Shown here one piece after another: positions 37,871-49,288 of a stretch of 64,000 bases of DNA. Within the stretch, counting starts at the first letter, position 1; every line of letters starts with the position of its first letter. Under the pieces are notes generated by a model, which saw nothing but the letters and a program-made list of their open reading frames with translations, had not been told where the DNA came from and did no database searches. This DNA is from Actinomycetota bacterium. Lineage in GTDB: Bacteria; Actinomycetota; Acidimicrobiia; Acidimicrobiales; Ilumatobacteraceae. The translations under genes and the position numbers were made by a program. Location: NCBI GenBank assembly GCA_029978335.1, contig JAPOJQ010000006.1:864-64863 (forward strand), written 5' to 3'.

Positions 37871-38412
37871 CCAGCATTCGCAGCGGAAATGATCCATTCG
37901 TGCTGCTCGGACTTGATCGTCGAACGGCTCAACGCGACGATGTCGCCGCAGCTCGCCGTCGACTTGCCCGAGAGTTGCACCCCGACCGCATTGGTGGCGA
38001 TGGCGATCGCATGCAGGCGGTGAATCGCGCGGCAGATGCGGCGCTCGCGATGCTGCTCGTGACGCACCCTGAGCGGTCGATGGAGATGCCTCGGCGAGTC
38101 CGCAAAGATCACCCATCGTTCACTATCGATGTGCTGCCGGTTGAAGCGTTTGAGGCCTTGTTGATCGTGACAGGCTGGCTCGGTCAACTCGTTGACGAGG
38201 ACCCGCCCTATCGACTTGAGGCGATGCTCGACGATGACGTGTGGTGCGCGCTTGAGCTCGTGCCTGATGCTGCTGCGACGACGGTTTCGGTCATTGTCGA
38301 ATCCGAGACGCCACACAGCACTGATGTGGAATCGGTGCGCGATCTGTGGATTACGGCGTTGAATCGTCTTGATTGGGATGTGCTTGATCCCGCCCAGCCG
38401 CGGCCCTGGTGA
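37867..38412 (+). CDS. J-domain-containing protein of unknown function
   Basis: The N-terminus is DPFVLLGLDRRTAQRDDVAAARRRLARELHPDRIGGDGDRMQAVNRAADA, i.e. helix II, the HPD motif and helix III. The remaining ~120 aa are acidic and I did not recognise them. It shares an ATGA overlap with the ctaA stop. Confidence 0.6.
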   Translation: MTSIRSGNDPFVLLGLDRRTAQRDDVAAARRRLARELHPDRIGGDGDRMQAVNRAADAALAMLLVTHPERSMEMPRRVRKDHPSFTIDVLPVEAFEALLIVTGWLGQLVDEDPPYRLEAMLDDDVWCALELVPDAAATTVSVIVESETPHSTDVESVRDLWITALNRLDWDVLDPAQPRPW

Positions 38413-39312
38413 GGCGATCGCGTAGGGCGTGTCCCAGTCCGATCGGTGGCGGCATGACGGCAATGATGAGGTCGGCGTTGCGCTGGTCGGCCGCACGCAG
38501 GTCGTCGTAGAGGTGTCGGGCGGCATCGACGAGGTCGTCGGTGCGGTCGATGACGACGGCGTTGATGCCGTGAGCGGCGGTGGCAGCGGCGTTTCGGTCG
38601 TCGACGAGTCGCATCGGTGTGGCCGGTGCGTAGTGCGAGGGCATCATGCCACTGGCGCGCGACGGCCCCTGTGGGGCTGATGTCGGTGCCCCGAGCATTC
38701 GCTCGATGTCCTCGGTTGGGATCCCTCCGGGACGAAGGATCTGGGGCGGGTCGACGGTCAGGTCGATGATGGTGCTTTCAACACCGACATCGCACGGTCC
38801 GCCGTCAAGGATCAGGTCGCGTTCGGGATCGAGGATGTCACCGATGTCGTCGAGCACGTGAGCGACTGTGGTCGGGCTGACCCGACCGAACCGGTTTGCT
38901 GAAGGCGCAGCGATTGCCCCGCCATGTTGGGCGAGTAGCGACAGAGTGAGTGGGTGTGCGGGTACCCGTATGCCGACGGTGTCGCGGCCCCCAGTGATGA
39001 TGTCGTCGACGCTCGGGCGGCGCGGGAGGAGCATGGTGAGCGGCCCCGGCCAGCATGCAAGTGCCAGCGTTTGTGCAGCGGGGTGTGACATGTCGGCCCA
39101 ATGGTTTGCTGTTTCGGTATCGGCGACGTGGAGTATGAGCGGATGCCCAACAGGGCGACCTTTCACCGCATAAATGCGTTCGAGTGCGTTGACGTGCGTG
39201 GCATCCGCTCCAAGCCCATAGACCGTTTCGGTAGGGATCACGACGAGACCGCCATTGCGCAACCGTTGGGCCGCCTCGATGGCATCGGTCGTGATCGGCA
39301 CGCGCGGCCGGT

Positions 39313-39316
<4 letters not shown>
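38351..39316 (-). CDS. tsaC: L-threonylcarbamoyladenylate synthase (Sua5/YwlC type, with Sua5 C-domain)
   Basis: It has GGLVVIPTETVYGLGADA, SANRFG and a C-terminal Sua5 domain. The GTG start forms a GTGA overlap with the upstream hydrolase stop. Confidence 0.85.
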
Positions 39317-41551
<2,235 letters not shown>

Positions 41552-41563
41552 CAGAGGCTGACG

Positions 41564-42199
41564 ATGATCATCGCGATCGACGGACCAGCGGGAGCCGGCA
41601 AGAGCACCGTGTCGCGTGCCTTGGCCGCGGCGCTGCAGCTTGATCATCTCGATACGGGTGCGATGTATCGGGCCGTCACCTTTGGGGTGTTGGCCCGCGG
41701 TATCGACCCGGCTGCTCATGACGAGGTTGCCGAGGCGGCCGAGGATATGACGATCGATGTTGGTGCCAGCACGGTCATCGTCGATGGTGTCGATGCAACG
41801 AGTGCCATTCGTGGACGCGACGTCACCGACTCGGTGAGCGCGGTTGCGGCGAATCCAATGGTGCGCGATCTGCTCGTGCGTCGCCAACGCGATTGGGTGG
41901 CACAGCGTGGCGGTGGAGTGGTTGAGGGACGCGATATCACGACGGTCGTGTTGCCCGATGCCAACCTGAAGTTGTTTGTCACGGCGTCACCGCGAGTGCG
42001 GGCCGAACGACGTGTTGCCGAGACCGGTGGTGACGTCGATCAGGTGGAAGCCTCAATTATCGAGCGCGACCGTCGGGACTCGACCCGTTCGGCATCCCCG
42101 ATGACGGTGGCTGGTGATGCTGTGGTGCTCGACACAAGTGATCTGGGCATCGATGAGGTCGTTGAGCGCGTGCTGGACATGGTTGGCGATGGTCGCTGA
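41564..42199 (+). CDS. cmk: (d)CMP kinase
   Basis: It has IIAIDGPAGAGKSTVSRALA (P-loop), LDTGAMYRA and GRDITTVV. Confidence 0.9.
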   Translation: MIIAIDGPAGAGKSTVSRALAAALQLDHLDTGAMYRAVTFGVLARGIDPAAHDEVAEAAEDMTIDVGASTVIVDGVDATSAIRGRDVTDSVSAVAANPMVRDLLVRRQRDWVAQRGGGVVEGRDITTVVLPDANLKLFVTASPRVRAERRVAETGGDVDQVEASIIERDRRDSTRSASPMTVAGDAVVLDTSDLGIDEVVERVLDMVGDGR

Positions 42200-42897
42200 T
42201 GAGCGCGCCTGACACGTTTCTCGCCGGTCAGTCATTTGCCGCTCGTGCCTTTTATCGCTTCGGTCGGACGATCACCACGGTGCTCACTCGTTCCTACACC
42301 CGGATGTCGATCTATGGGCGTGAGAACATTCCCTCGACTGGCGCGTTCGTGTTGGCACCAGTGCATCGCTCGTATGTCGACACGCCGATAGCAGCGTGCG
42401 TGACCTCGCGTCGGCTCCGATTTCTCGGCAAGGATTCGATGTGGAAGTACGGCTGGTTCGGGTGGGTGCTGTCGGCCCTCGGTGCTATTCCGGTGACCCG
42501 TGGCACGGCGGATCGGGAGGCGCTTCGGCGATCGGTCTCGGTGCTCGAAGCGGGCGACCCACTCGTGTTGTTCCCGGAAGGAGAACGCAAGTCGGGTCCG
42601 ATCGTGCAACCGATGTTCGATGGGGCCGTGTACGTGGCATTGAAGGCTGGAGTACCGATCATTCCGGTTGGCATCGGTGGTTCTGAGATGGTGATGCCCA
42701 AGGGAGCCAAGTTCGTGTTCCCCCGCAAAGTTCGAGTCGTCGTGGGAGCGCCGCTCTATCCGGAGTCGTCCGGCGGGCGGGTGTCGCGCGGCGAACTGAG
42801 TCGTCAAAGTGAGCGATTGCACGTTGAACTCCAACGACTCTTTGATCTTGCGATGATCGATGTGGGGTGGACTTACGCCTCGCTCGACGACCAGTAG
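42199..42897 (+). CDS. plsC: lysophospholipid (1-acyl-sn-glycerol-3-phosphate) acyltransferase
   Basis: It has APVHRSYVDT (HxxxxD), FPEGERK and IPVGIGG. It shares a 1-nt TGATG overlap with cmk. Confidence 0.85.
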   Translation: MSAPDTFLAGQSFAARAFYRFGRTITTVLTRSYTRMSIYGRENIPSTGAFVLAPVHRSYVDTPIAACVTSRRLRFLGKDSMWKYGWFGWVLSALGAIPVTRGTADREALRRSVSVLEAGDPLVLFPEGERKSGPIVQPMFDGAVYVALKAGVPIIPVGIGGSEMVMPKGAKFVFPRKVRVVVGAPLYPESSGGRVSRGELSRQSERLHVELQRLFDLAMIDVGWTYASLDDQ

Positions 42898-44162
42898 GCG
42901 CTGAGTGCCGCAGCGAGGTAACCGGGGTCAACTGAGCCGCAGAGTTCTCGTGCTGAGTGCATCGACAACTGCGGGATGCCGACATCGACAGTGTCGATGC
43001 CGAGCCGACTCGCCGTGATCGGACCGATGGTCGAGCCACACGGAATGTTGTTGCGCGAGGAGAACACCTGCCACGGCACGCCTGCAGCGATGCAGGCCCG
43101 CTCGAATCGGGCGGCTGAGCGGGCAGAGGTGGCGTAGCGCTGATTCGCGTTGACTTTGATCGCTGGGCCAGCGTTCACTCGCGGTGCGTGAGCAGCATCA
43201 TGACGTTCTGGGTAATTCGGGTGAATGGCGTGGGCGTTGTCGGCAGAGACACAGCTGGAGGCGGCGAGTACGCGATGGAGGTCAGCGACGTTGCCACCCA
43301 CTGCGTGAGTGATTCGGGTGAGCACATGTTCAAGGAGTGGTCCATCAGCACCAGTTGTGCTTGATGATCCGACTTCTTCGTGGTCGTTGAGCACCATGAC
43401 GGCTATCCGACCGTCAGCGGGTGTCGATGAACACAATGCGGCCGTCGCTGCCCAACATGAGATCAGGTTGTCCAGTCGTCCCGAGGCGATGAACTCGCCG
43501 TTGAGTCCGATTTGGGCGGCCGGTTGGGTGTCGAAGAGGCAGAGATCCCACCACGTGACGGTGTCGATCCCAGCGTGCTGTGCAAGCCATGTCGCACATC
43601 CACCCGCAGTGGCATCGCCAAGGCCCCAGATCGGCGTGAGATGTGTCTGGGGATCGAGCTTGAGGCCCTCATTCACTTGGCGATCGAGATGCACGGCCAG
43701 TTGCGGCACTCGGGCGACTGCGTCGCTGCGAACGAGATGGGCGGCGCCCGATGAATCGAGTACGACACCCGCGATGCCGAGGTCGCGGTCGAGCCACGAG
43801 TTGTTGAGAATGCCGCCGTAGACCTCAACGGCGAGTTGACGCCAGCCGGCGGTACCAATGTCGGGACGTGGCTTGATTTTGAGACAAGGCGAGTCGGTAT
43901 GCGCTCCGACGATGTCGACGGGCAGTGGTGTGTCGGTGTGGTGCGGTGTCCGCCAGGCGATGACGGCGCCGTCGCGTCGCACGGCCGCGAAGCCATTGAC
44001 GTCAGACGCTGTCCAGTCGTTGAGCAGATTGAGTTCTGTCGCTCCTGCGGCGATCAAACGGCGCATCGTTTCGGCTGCTGCATGGTGCGGTGAAGGGGAT
44101 GCATCAAGAAATGCCCGGGCGTCGTCAATGTCGTATGAAGTCACGTCGGTGTCTCCTGTCAC
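42873..44162 (-). CDS. apeB: M18-family (aspartyl) aminopeptidase
   Basis: It has IVGAHTDSPCLKIKP, NDHEEVGS and GIPQLSMHS. Its 3' end overlaps plsC by 25 nt. Confidence 0.85.
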   Translation of the reverse strand: MTGDTDVTSYDIDDARAFLDASPSPHHAAAETMRRLIAAGATELNLLNDWTASDVNGFAAVRRDGAVIAWRTPHHTDTPLPVDIVGAHTDSPCLKIKPRPDIGTAGWRQLAVEVYGGILNNSWLDRDLGIAGVVLDSSGAAHLVRSDAVARVPQLAVHLDRQVNEGLKLDPQTHLTPIWGLGDATAGGCATWLAQHAGIDTVTWWDLCLFDTQPAAQIGLNGEFIASGRLDNLISCWAATAALCSSTPADGRIAVMVLNDHEEVGSSSTTGADGPLLEHVLTRITHAVGGNVADLHRVLAASSCVSADNAHAIHPNYPERHDAAHAPRVNAGPAIKVNANQRYATSARSAARFERACIAAGVPWQVFSSRNNIPCGSTIGPITASRLGIDTVDVGIPQLSMHSARELCGSVDPGYLAAALSAYWSSSEA

Positions 44163-44209
44163 CCTTGGGGACCGTGTAATAGGCCCGTCGATCGACTAGA
44201 TAAGCACGT

Positions 44210-45643
44210 GTGGCCCGTAAGACGAAGATCGTGGCGACGATCGGACCATCGAGTAGCGATGCAGCGACGCTCGAGGCGATGTTCGTCGCCGGCGTGGATG
44301 TTGTTCGGCTGAACCTGTCGCACGGCACTGTGGAGGAGCATCTTGCCCGACTGGCGTTGGTGCGCGAGGTGGCGGCCGGCATTGGTCGGTCGATTGCCGT
44401 ACTCGCAGACCTTCCAGGCCCCAAGGTTCGAGCTGGGCGTTTTCCCGAAGGGGGGGTTGAACTCGTGCCGGGCGCGATCATCCGCGTGGTTGAGGGTGAC
44501 CAGATGAGTGATGCCGGCCATATTCGGATCGCTGAGCCGGGTCTTGTCGCAGGGTTGTGCTCGGGTGATCGTGTGATTCTTGGCGACGGTGCGATTTCGC
44601 TCACGGTTGAGTCCAGCACTGACGGTGTGGTGGCAGCGCGCGTCGATACGGGTGGACGGACGCAGGGCGCTCCCGGCGTTCACTTGTCATCGGAGCGACT
44701 GCATCTGACGACACCGACGGCTGAGGATCTGGTGTTGGCGTCGACCATGGCTGCAGCAGGCGTCGAGTACTTGGCGGTGTCGTTCGTGCGGCAGGCGGCT
44801 GAACTCGATGCCGTCCGCGACGTGACGGCGGATCGGGCATTGTTGATCGCCAAGATTGAGACCAGTGCAGCCCTTGCTGATCTTGAAGCGATCATCGAGT
44901 CGGCCGATGCGGTGATGGTGGCTCGGGGCGACCTCGGTATTGATTGTCCGATTGAGGATGTGCCGCATCTGCAGAAGATGATCATCCGTGAATGCGTTGA
45001 GCGTGGTGTGCCGGTGATCACTGCCACGCAGATGCTCGAATCGATGGTGTCAGCTCCGTCACCGACGCGCGCCGAGGTGAGCGATGTTGCGAATGCGGTG
45101 TTCGATGGCACCGATGCATTGATGCTCTCGGGCGAGACTGCAGTCGGCCATGACCCGGTGGCGGTGGTGTCGACGATGGCGGCGGTTGCGGAACGGGCTG
45201 AGCGTGAGGCGAGTTATCGGGCGTGGGCCGATCGACTTGGACGGGTGCAGCGGAGCCGATGGGATTCGGTCTCTGATCGCATTACTGCTGCGCTTGGTCA
45301 TGCAGCGAGCCAAGCGGCTCGTGATGTCGAGGCGTCGGCGATCTTGTGTTGTACCCGTTCGGGGCGGACGGCTCGTGCGATGGCGCGCTTTCGTCCTGAA
45401 GCAACCCTGATCGGTCTCTCGCCGGATCCGCAGGTGGTGCGAGCAATGTCGCTGTCGTGGGGGATCGATCCGATCACCGTTGACGAATACGTGAGCACCG
45501 ATGAAATGGTGTGGTACGCCGTGGAGACCGCCGTGCGCTCGGGCAGGGTCGCCCATGGAGACACCGTGCTTGTGCTCGCGGGATCGCCCGATCGGACGGT
45601 CGACACCGCAGCTGACGTGTTACGAATCGTGCGCGTCGGATGA
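44210..45643 (+). CDS. pyk: pyruvate kinase
   Basis: It has ARKTKIVATIGPSS, NLSHG, KIET, MVARGDLG and ATQMLESM. The start codon is GTG. Confidence 0.95.
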   Translation: MARKTKIVATIGPSSSDAATLEAMFVAGVDVVRLNLSHGTVEEHLARLALVREVAAGIGRSIAVLADLPGPKVRAGRFPEGGVELVPGAIIRVVEGDQMSDAGHIRIAEPGLVAGLCSGDRVILGDGAISLTVESSTDGVVAARVDTGGRTQGAPGVHLSSERLHLTTPTAEDLVLASTMAAAGVEYLAVSFVRQAAELDAVRDVTADRALLIAKIETSAALADLEAIIESADAVMVARGDLGIDCPIEDVPHLQKMIIRECVERGVPVITATQMLESMVSAPSPTRAEVSDVANAVFDGTDALMLSGETAVGHDPVAVVSTMAAVAERAEREASYRAWADRLGRVQRSRWDSVSDRITAALGHAASQAARDVEASAILCCTRSGRTARAMARFRPEATLIGLSPDPQVVRAMSLSWGIDPITVDEYVSTDEMVWYAVETAVRSGRVAHGDTVLVLAGSPDRTVDTAADVLRIVRVG

Positions 45644-46407
45644 GTGAACGACACGGCATCTGGTCGTCGGCGAGCGGCGACATCGGTGGACGTCAGTTGG
45701 TGCTCGTTCACGGAACGATGGACCGATCGACGGGATTGAGTCGTCTGGCGCGGCGGTTTGACTCGTCGTGGCGAGTGTTGCGCCTCGACCGTCGGGGGTA
45801 CGGTCGGTCTCGGTCGCACCCTGGGCCGTTTGCCATCGCTGATCACGTTGATGACCTCGTCGAATTGGTCGAGGAGATGATGCCGTCGGGTCCGGTGCAC
45901 CTGTTCGGTCATAGTTTCGGGGGCAACGTGGTGTTGGCGGCATCGAGCCGACTCGGTGATCGCGTGGCGACGGTGACGGTGTTCGAACCGCCGTTGTCAT
46001 GGATGGAGTGGTGGCCAGGTGGTTCAGCTCGGGGCTTCGCTGAAAGTGATCCTGGCGATGCTGCAGAGGCGTTTATGCGCCGGCTGATTGGTGACGAACG
46101 CTGGGAGCGTTTGCCGGAACGCACACGGGCAGAGCGTCGTGCGGAGGGACCCGTGTTGGTTGGCGAACTCGGCACGCTGCGTCTTGCAGCCCCGTGGCAG
46201 CCCGAAGAGGTGACGGTGCCGGTGCTGGCGTTGTGCGGCTCACGCGGTGCGGATCATCACCGGCGTGCGGCGGCGCATCTTGCCGAGATCCTTCCGGACT
46301 GTCGATCGTGGGAAGTCGACGGCGCTCGTCACTTCGGCCCCAACACGCATCCTGTCGAAGTTGCGGCGCTCGTTAGCGATTTCGCGATCCGCGGACTGCG
46401 GCCGTAA
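45640..46407 (+). CDS. alpha/beta-fold hydrolase
   Basis: It has LVLVHGTMDRS and GHSFGG (nucleophile elbow). It shares an ATGA overlap with pyk. Confidence 0.75.
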   Translation: MSERHGIWSSASGDIGGRQLVLVHGTMDRSTGLSRLARRFDSSWRVLRLDRRGYGRSRSHPGPFAIADHVDDLVELVEEMMPSGPVHLFGHSFGGNVVLAASSRLGDRVATVTVFEPPLSWMEWWPGGSARGFAESDPGDAAEAFMRRLIGDERWERLPERTRAERRAEGPVLVGELGTLRLAAPWQPEEVTVPVLALCGSRGADHHRRAAAHLAEILPDCRSWEVDGARHFGPNTHPVEVAALVSDFAIRGLRP

Positions 46408-47560
46408 TCGCTGATGCTCGTCCGGTGATCAACGCCGTGATCGCGATGGTCACGGCGGTTGCCGAGAACGTGACCGTGCCACTGATTCCGAATCGCTCAT
46501 AGAGCTGTCCTGAGAGGATGACCGCGGTTGCTCTCGACAGCGTGCCAGCCGCATTGCCGATGGAAAGTGCCGTGCCGCGCGCCTCTGGCGCCGCTTCGCT
46601 CAGCAGCGAGAGCGAGGACACAAAGCCGTATTCGAAGCCGGCGACGAGCACGAGCAACCCGATGATCGAGATGGTCATTGATGACTGTCCAAGTGCGATC
46701 ACACAGAGTCCGCTTGCAAGGAGGAGGCCCCCGCCGAGCACCGAGCGAGCGACGCCGAGGCGATCAGAAATCAGGGCGACGCTTGAGGACGATATGAGTT
46801 CGATCGCTCCCATCACGGTGGCGACGGCACCCAGCCCGCCGACGGACAGGCCGTGGGCATCTTCCATCCAGGCGCCGATGATGACGAACACGCTGATGCC
46901 AGCTGCTGCCATGGCGGCCGAGGCGATAATCGGTGACCATGCCGAACGCGGCAGTCTCCGGCGTGGGAACGTCTCGGCGGCTGACTCGTGTGCGACATGG
47001 CCCTCCATCGTTCGGATGATGAGCACGGTGCCAGCGGTCGTCATGATGGCGAGCGCGACGTACGCAGCGCGCCAGCCGAAACGATCGATGAGCCAGGCGA
47101 GAATCGGAGCGCCGACGAGCAGCGAGATCGCCCATGACATCTCGTACACGCCGATTGCCCGGCCCCGCCGTTGGTAGGGGACGTTGTCGCCGATGTAGGC
47201 GAGTCCAGCGACGGTCAGGTTGGCGACGCCGGTGACGAGCAGCACCATGGCGATGGCGAAGGTCGCCACGCTGCCGCCGAGGGCAACGACGCTGGAGGCG
47301 GTGACGAGCGTGAGACCACCGGCGAAGATCACGCGATGGCGACCGCGGTCGAGTGACCGGCCAGCCAGCGTGGTCGACAGCCCGGCGAGTTCTGCGGTGC
47401 CGATGATCCCGGTGAGCGTGCCCGTTGTCGTGCCAAAGGCTCGTTCAAGGGTCGGCAGAAATGCCCCAACCCATCGAAGGGCGGCGTTTGACGTTGCCTT
47501 GGCTGCGGTCAGGGCGACGAGGCGCGCGCCGAGACCAGTTGAGCGAGAGTTGTCCGTCAC
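46373..47560 (-). CDS. MFS transporter
   Basis: It has 12 predicted TM helices and a D-R-x-G-R-like loop (LIDRFGWR). Its 3' end overlaps the convergent hydrolase by 35 nt. Confidence 0.8.
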   Translation of the reverse strand: MTDNSRSTGLGARLVALTAAKATSNAALRWVGAFLPTLERAFGTTTGTLTGIIGTAELAGLSTTLAGRSLDRGRHRVIFAGGLTLVTASSVVALGGSVATFAIAMVLLVTGVANLTVAGLAYIGDNVPYQRRGRAIGVYEMSWAISLLVGAPILAWLIDRFGWRAAYVALAIMTTAGTVLIIRTMEGHVAHESAAETFPRRRLPRSAWSPIIASAAMAAAGISVFVIIGAWMEDAHGLSVGGLGAVATVMGAIELISSSSVALISDRLGVARSVLGGGLLLASGLCVIALGQSSMTISIIGLLVLVAGFEYGFVSSLSLLSEAAPEARGTALSIGNAAGTLSRATAVILSGQLYERFGISGTVTFSATAVTIAITALITGRASAITAAVRGSRNR

Positions 47561-47570
47561 GTTGCGTCCG

Positions 47571-47861
47571 TCACGGAGTGACCGAGACGGGCACGTCGAC
47601 GTCGGTGCCGAAGAAGGTGCAGGTCACCTGCCCGGTATCGGTCGAAAGAGAGGCCCGAACGTCTTGGACGCACTGGTCAACTGCCGAGCGTTGTGACCAT
47701 GCAACGAGTGCGAGTCCAGCGAGAATGACGGCGGCTACCACCTTCTGCACGACGGTCTTCATCACCCACGCAGCCAAGAGACCAAGGAGGACAAATACCG
47801 AAGCAGCGACGATGGCGATGGTCTTTGCGTCGTCAGTGGTCAGGGCGAGCACGGGGGTCAT
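47571..47861 (-). CDS. small two-TM membrane protein (hypothetical)
   Basis: This is the C-terminal 96 codons of track ORF 47571-48665: MTPVLALTTDDAKTIAIVAASVFVLLGLLAAWVMKTVVQKVVAAVILAGLALVAWSQRSAVDQCVQDV..CTFFG. It is the only part of that ORF with protein-like composition. The rest is antisense to the DUF3151 and mobA genes. Confidence 0.45.
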   Translation of the reverse strand: MTPVLALTTDDAKTIAIVAASVFVLLGLLAAWVMKTVVQKVVAAVILAGLALVAWSQRSAVDQCVQDVRASLSTDTGQVTCTFFGTDVDVPVSVTP

Positions 47862-47899
47862 GGCGACACGATACGGCAGGCGGAACGTACGCTTCAGGC

Positions 47900-48361
47900 A
47901 TGTCTGATGCGCAGCACTCTCAACCAATCGGGTTGTCGACGGGACTCCCGACGACGGTCTTGCCAGAGTCTCCCGCTGAGGTGCGGCATCGTCTGGAGCA
48001 GGCCGCACATGCTGCAGGCTCGGATCAGGTGGAGCAGGTGGCTTCGGTGGTAGCGGATCATCCCCGAAATCTCGATGCATGGGCGGCCTACGCCGAGGCG
48101 CTTGGATCGGGTATGAGCCGCTATGCAGCCGCCCGCGTGGGATATCACCGTGGGCTTGATGCTCTACGGGCCAACGGGTGGCGCGGTTCGGGTTATGTGC
48201 CGTGGTCGGCCCCGAGCAACCGAGGGTTCTTGCGGTGCCTGTTGATGTTGCAGAACGCGGCCGCAGCGATTGGTGAAAGCGACGAGGCAGAGCGTTGTGC
48301 ACTGTTCTTGCTACAACTCGATCCGTCGGGCGTGCCCACCGAATTCGGATCGGTTGTATGA
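47900..48361 (+). CDS. DUF3151-domain protein (conserved actinobacterial)
   Basis: ..HPRNLDAWAAYAEALGSGMSRYAAARVGYHRGLDALRANGWRGSGYVPWSAPSNRGFLRCLLMLQNAAAAIGESDEAERCALFLLQLDP matches my recollection of the DUF3151 family. I set the start to ATG 47900. Confidence 0.65.
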   Translation: MSDAQHSQPIGLSTGLPTTVLPESPAEVRHRLEQAAHAAGSDQVEQVASVVADHPRNLDAWAAYAEALGSGMSRYAAARVGYHRGLDALRANGWRGSGYVPWSAPSNRGFLRCLLMLQNAAAAIGESDEAERCALFLLQLDPSGVPTEFGSVV

Positions 48362-48960
48362 CCACTGCTGAGGTGTCGGCCGCGGTGCTGGCAGGCGGGA
48401 CGTCGTCCCGAATGGGCGTTGATAAGGCGTTGCTCGAAGTCGACGGTGTGCCGATGGCGCAACGCGTGGCCGAGGTGCTCAGCGCTGCGACCCAGTCCTC
48501 GGTGCTGTTGGTTGGGGGTCCTGCATCAACTGCAGACCTGCTCGGCTTGGCATACGTGCCTGACGCCATCGTGGGGGAGGGTCCGTTGGTGGGGGTGTGG
48601 ACGGCGATGTCGGCCACGGTGGGCGATGTGATCATCAGTGCCTGCGACCTGCCGTTCCTTGACACCGCGACGGTGTCAAGGTTTCTTGAGGCTCAGTGCG
48701 CCTCCGGTGACGTGGCGGTTGCGGTGGTCGACGGCATGCCGCAGCAGTCGTTGGCGCGCTGGAACCGCAGCGTGTTCACTCGTGTCGCCGAAGCGGTGGC
48801 GAGTGGCCAACGATCACTCCGCGACGTATTGGCGACGGTCGACGTGGTGGAGGTGCCGTGCGAACGTTCGCCACTGCTGAACGCCAATCGACCAAGCGAT
48901 CTCGCGAGCAATCGCAATGACGTTGACGGTGCATCCGTAAATGTACGGACAATTGGCTAG
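48358..48960 (+). CDS. mobA: molybdenum cofactor guanylyltransferase
   Basis: It has VSAAVLAGGTSSRMGVDKALLEVDG and ..ISACDLPFL... I set the start to ATG 48358, which forms an ATGA overlap with the upstream stop. Confidence 0.8.
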   Translation: MTTAEVSAAVLAGGTSSRMGVDKALLEVDGVPMAQRVAEVLSAATQSSVLLVGGPASTADLLGLAYVPDAIVGEGPLVGVWTAMSATVGDVIISACDLPFLDTATVSRFLEAQCASGDVAVAVVDGMPQQSLARWNRSVFTRVAEAVASGQRSLRDVLATVDVVEVPCERSPLLNANRPSDLASNRNDVDGASVNVRTIG

Positions 48961-48970
48961 TATTCCCGTC

Positions 48971-49288
48971 ATGACGTTCACCGATGCATCCCCCGCAGAA
49001 TTGTTCGACGCACTGCGCAACGGCGCTCGACTCATCGACGTGCGTGAGCCGGCCGAATACGAGCAGGCTCATGTGCCCGGCGCTCAACTCGTGCCGCTCA
49101 GCACCGTTCCGGACAGCGTTGCCGCGTTCACGGGTGACGGCCCCACCTACGTGATCTGCCAGTCGGGAGGCCGGAGTGCAGCTGCATGTGACTTCCTCGC
49201 TTCGCAAGGTGTCACGGTCATCAACGTCGCAGGTGGCACGATGGGGTGGATGGCCTCCGGATTCGACGTCGCAACCGGTCAAGAGTGA
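48971..49288 (+). CDS. rhodanese-like sulfurtransferase domain protein
   Basis: It has DVREPAEYEQAHVPGAQLVPL and YVICQSGGRSAAACDFL (active-site Cys loop). Confidence 0.85.
   Translation: MTFTDASPAELFDALRNGARLIDVREPAEYEQAHVPGAQLVPLSTVPDSVAAFTGDGPTYVICQSGGRSAAACDFLASQGVTVINVAGGTMGWMASGFDVATGQE

Noticed and set aside
47862-48665. The upstream 268 codons of track ORF 47571-48665.
   Set aside because: This part is antisense to the DUF3151 and mobA genes, which have clear family signatures, and its composition is not protein-like. Only the last 96 codons are retained as a candidate small membrane protein.
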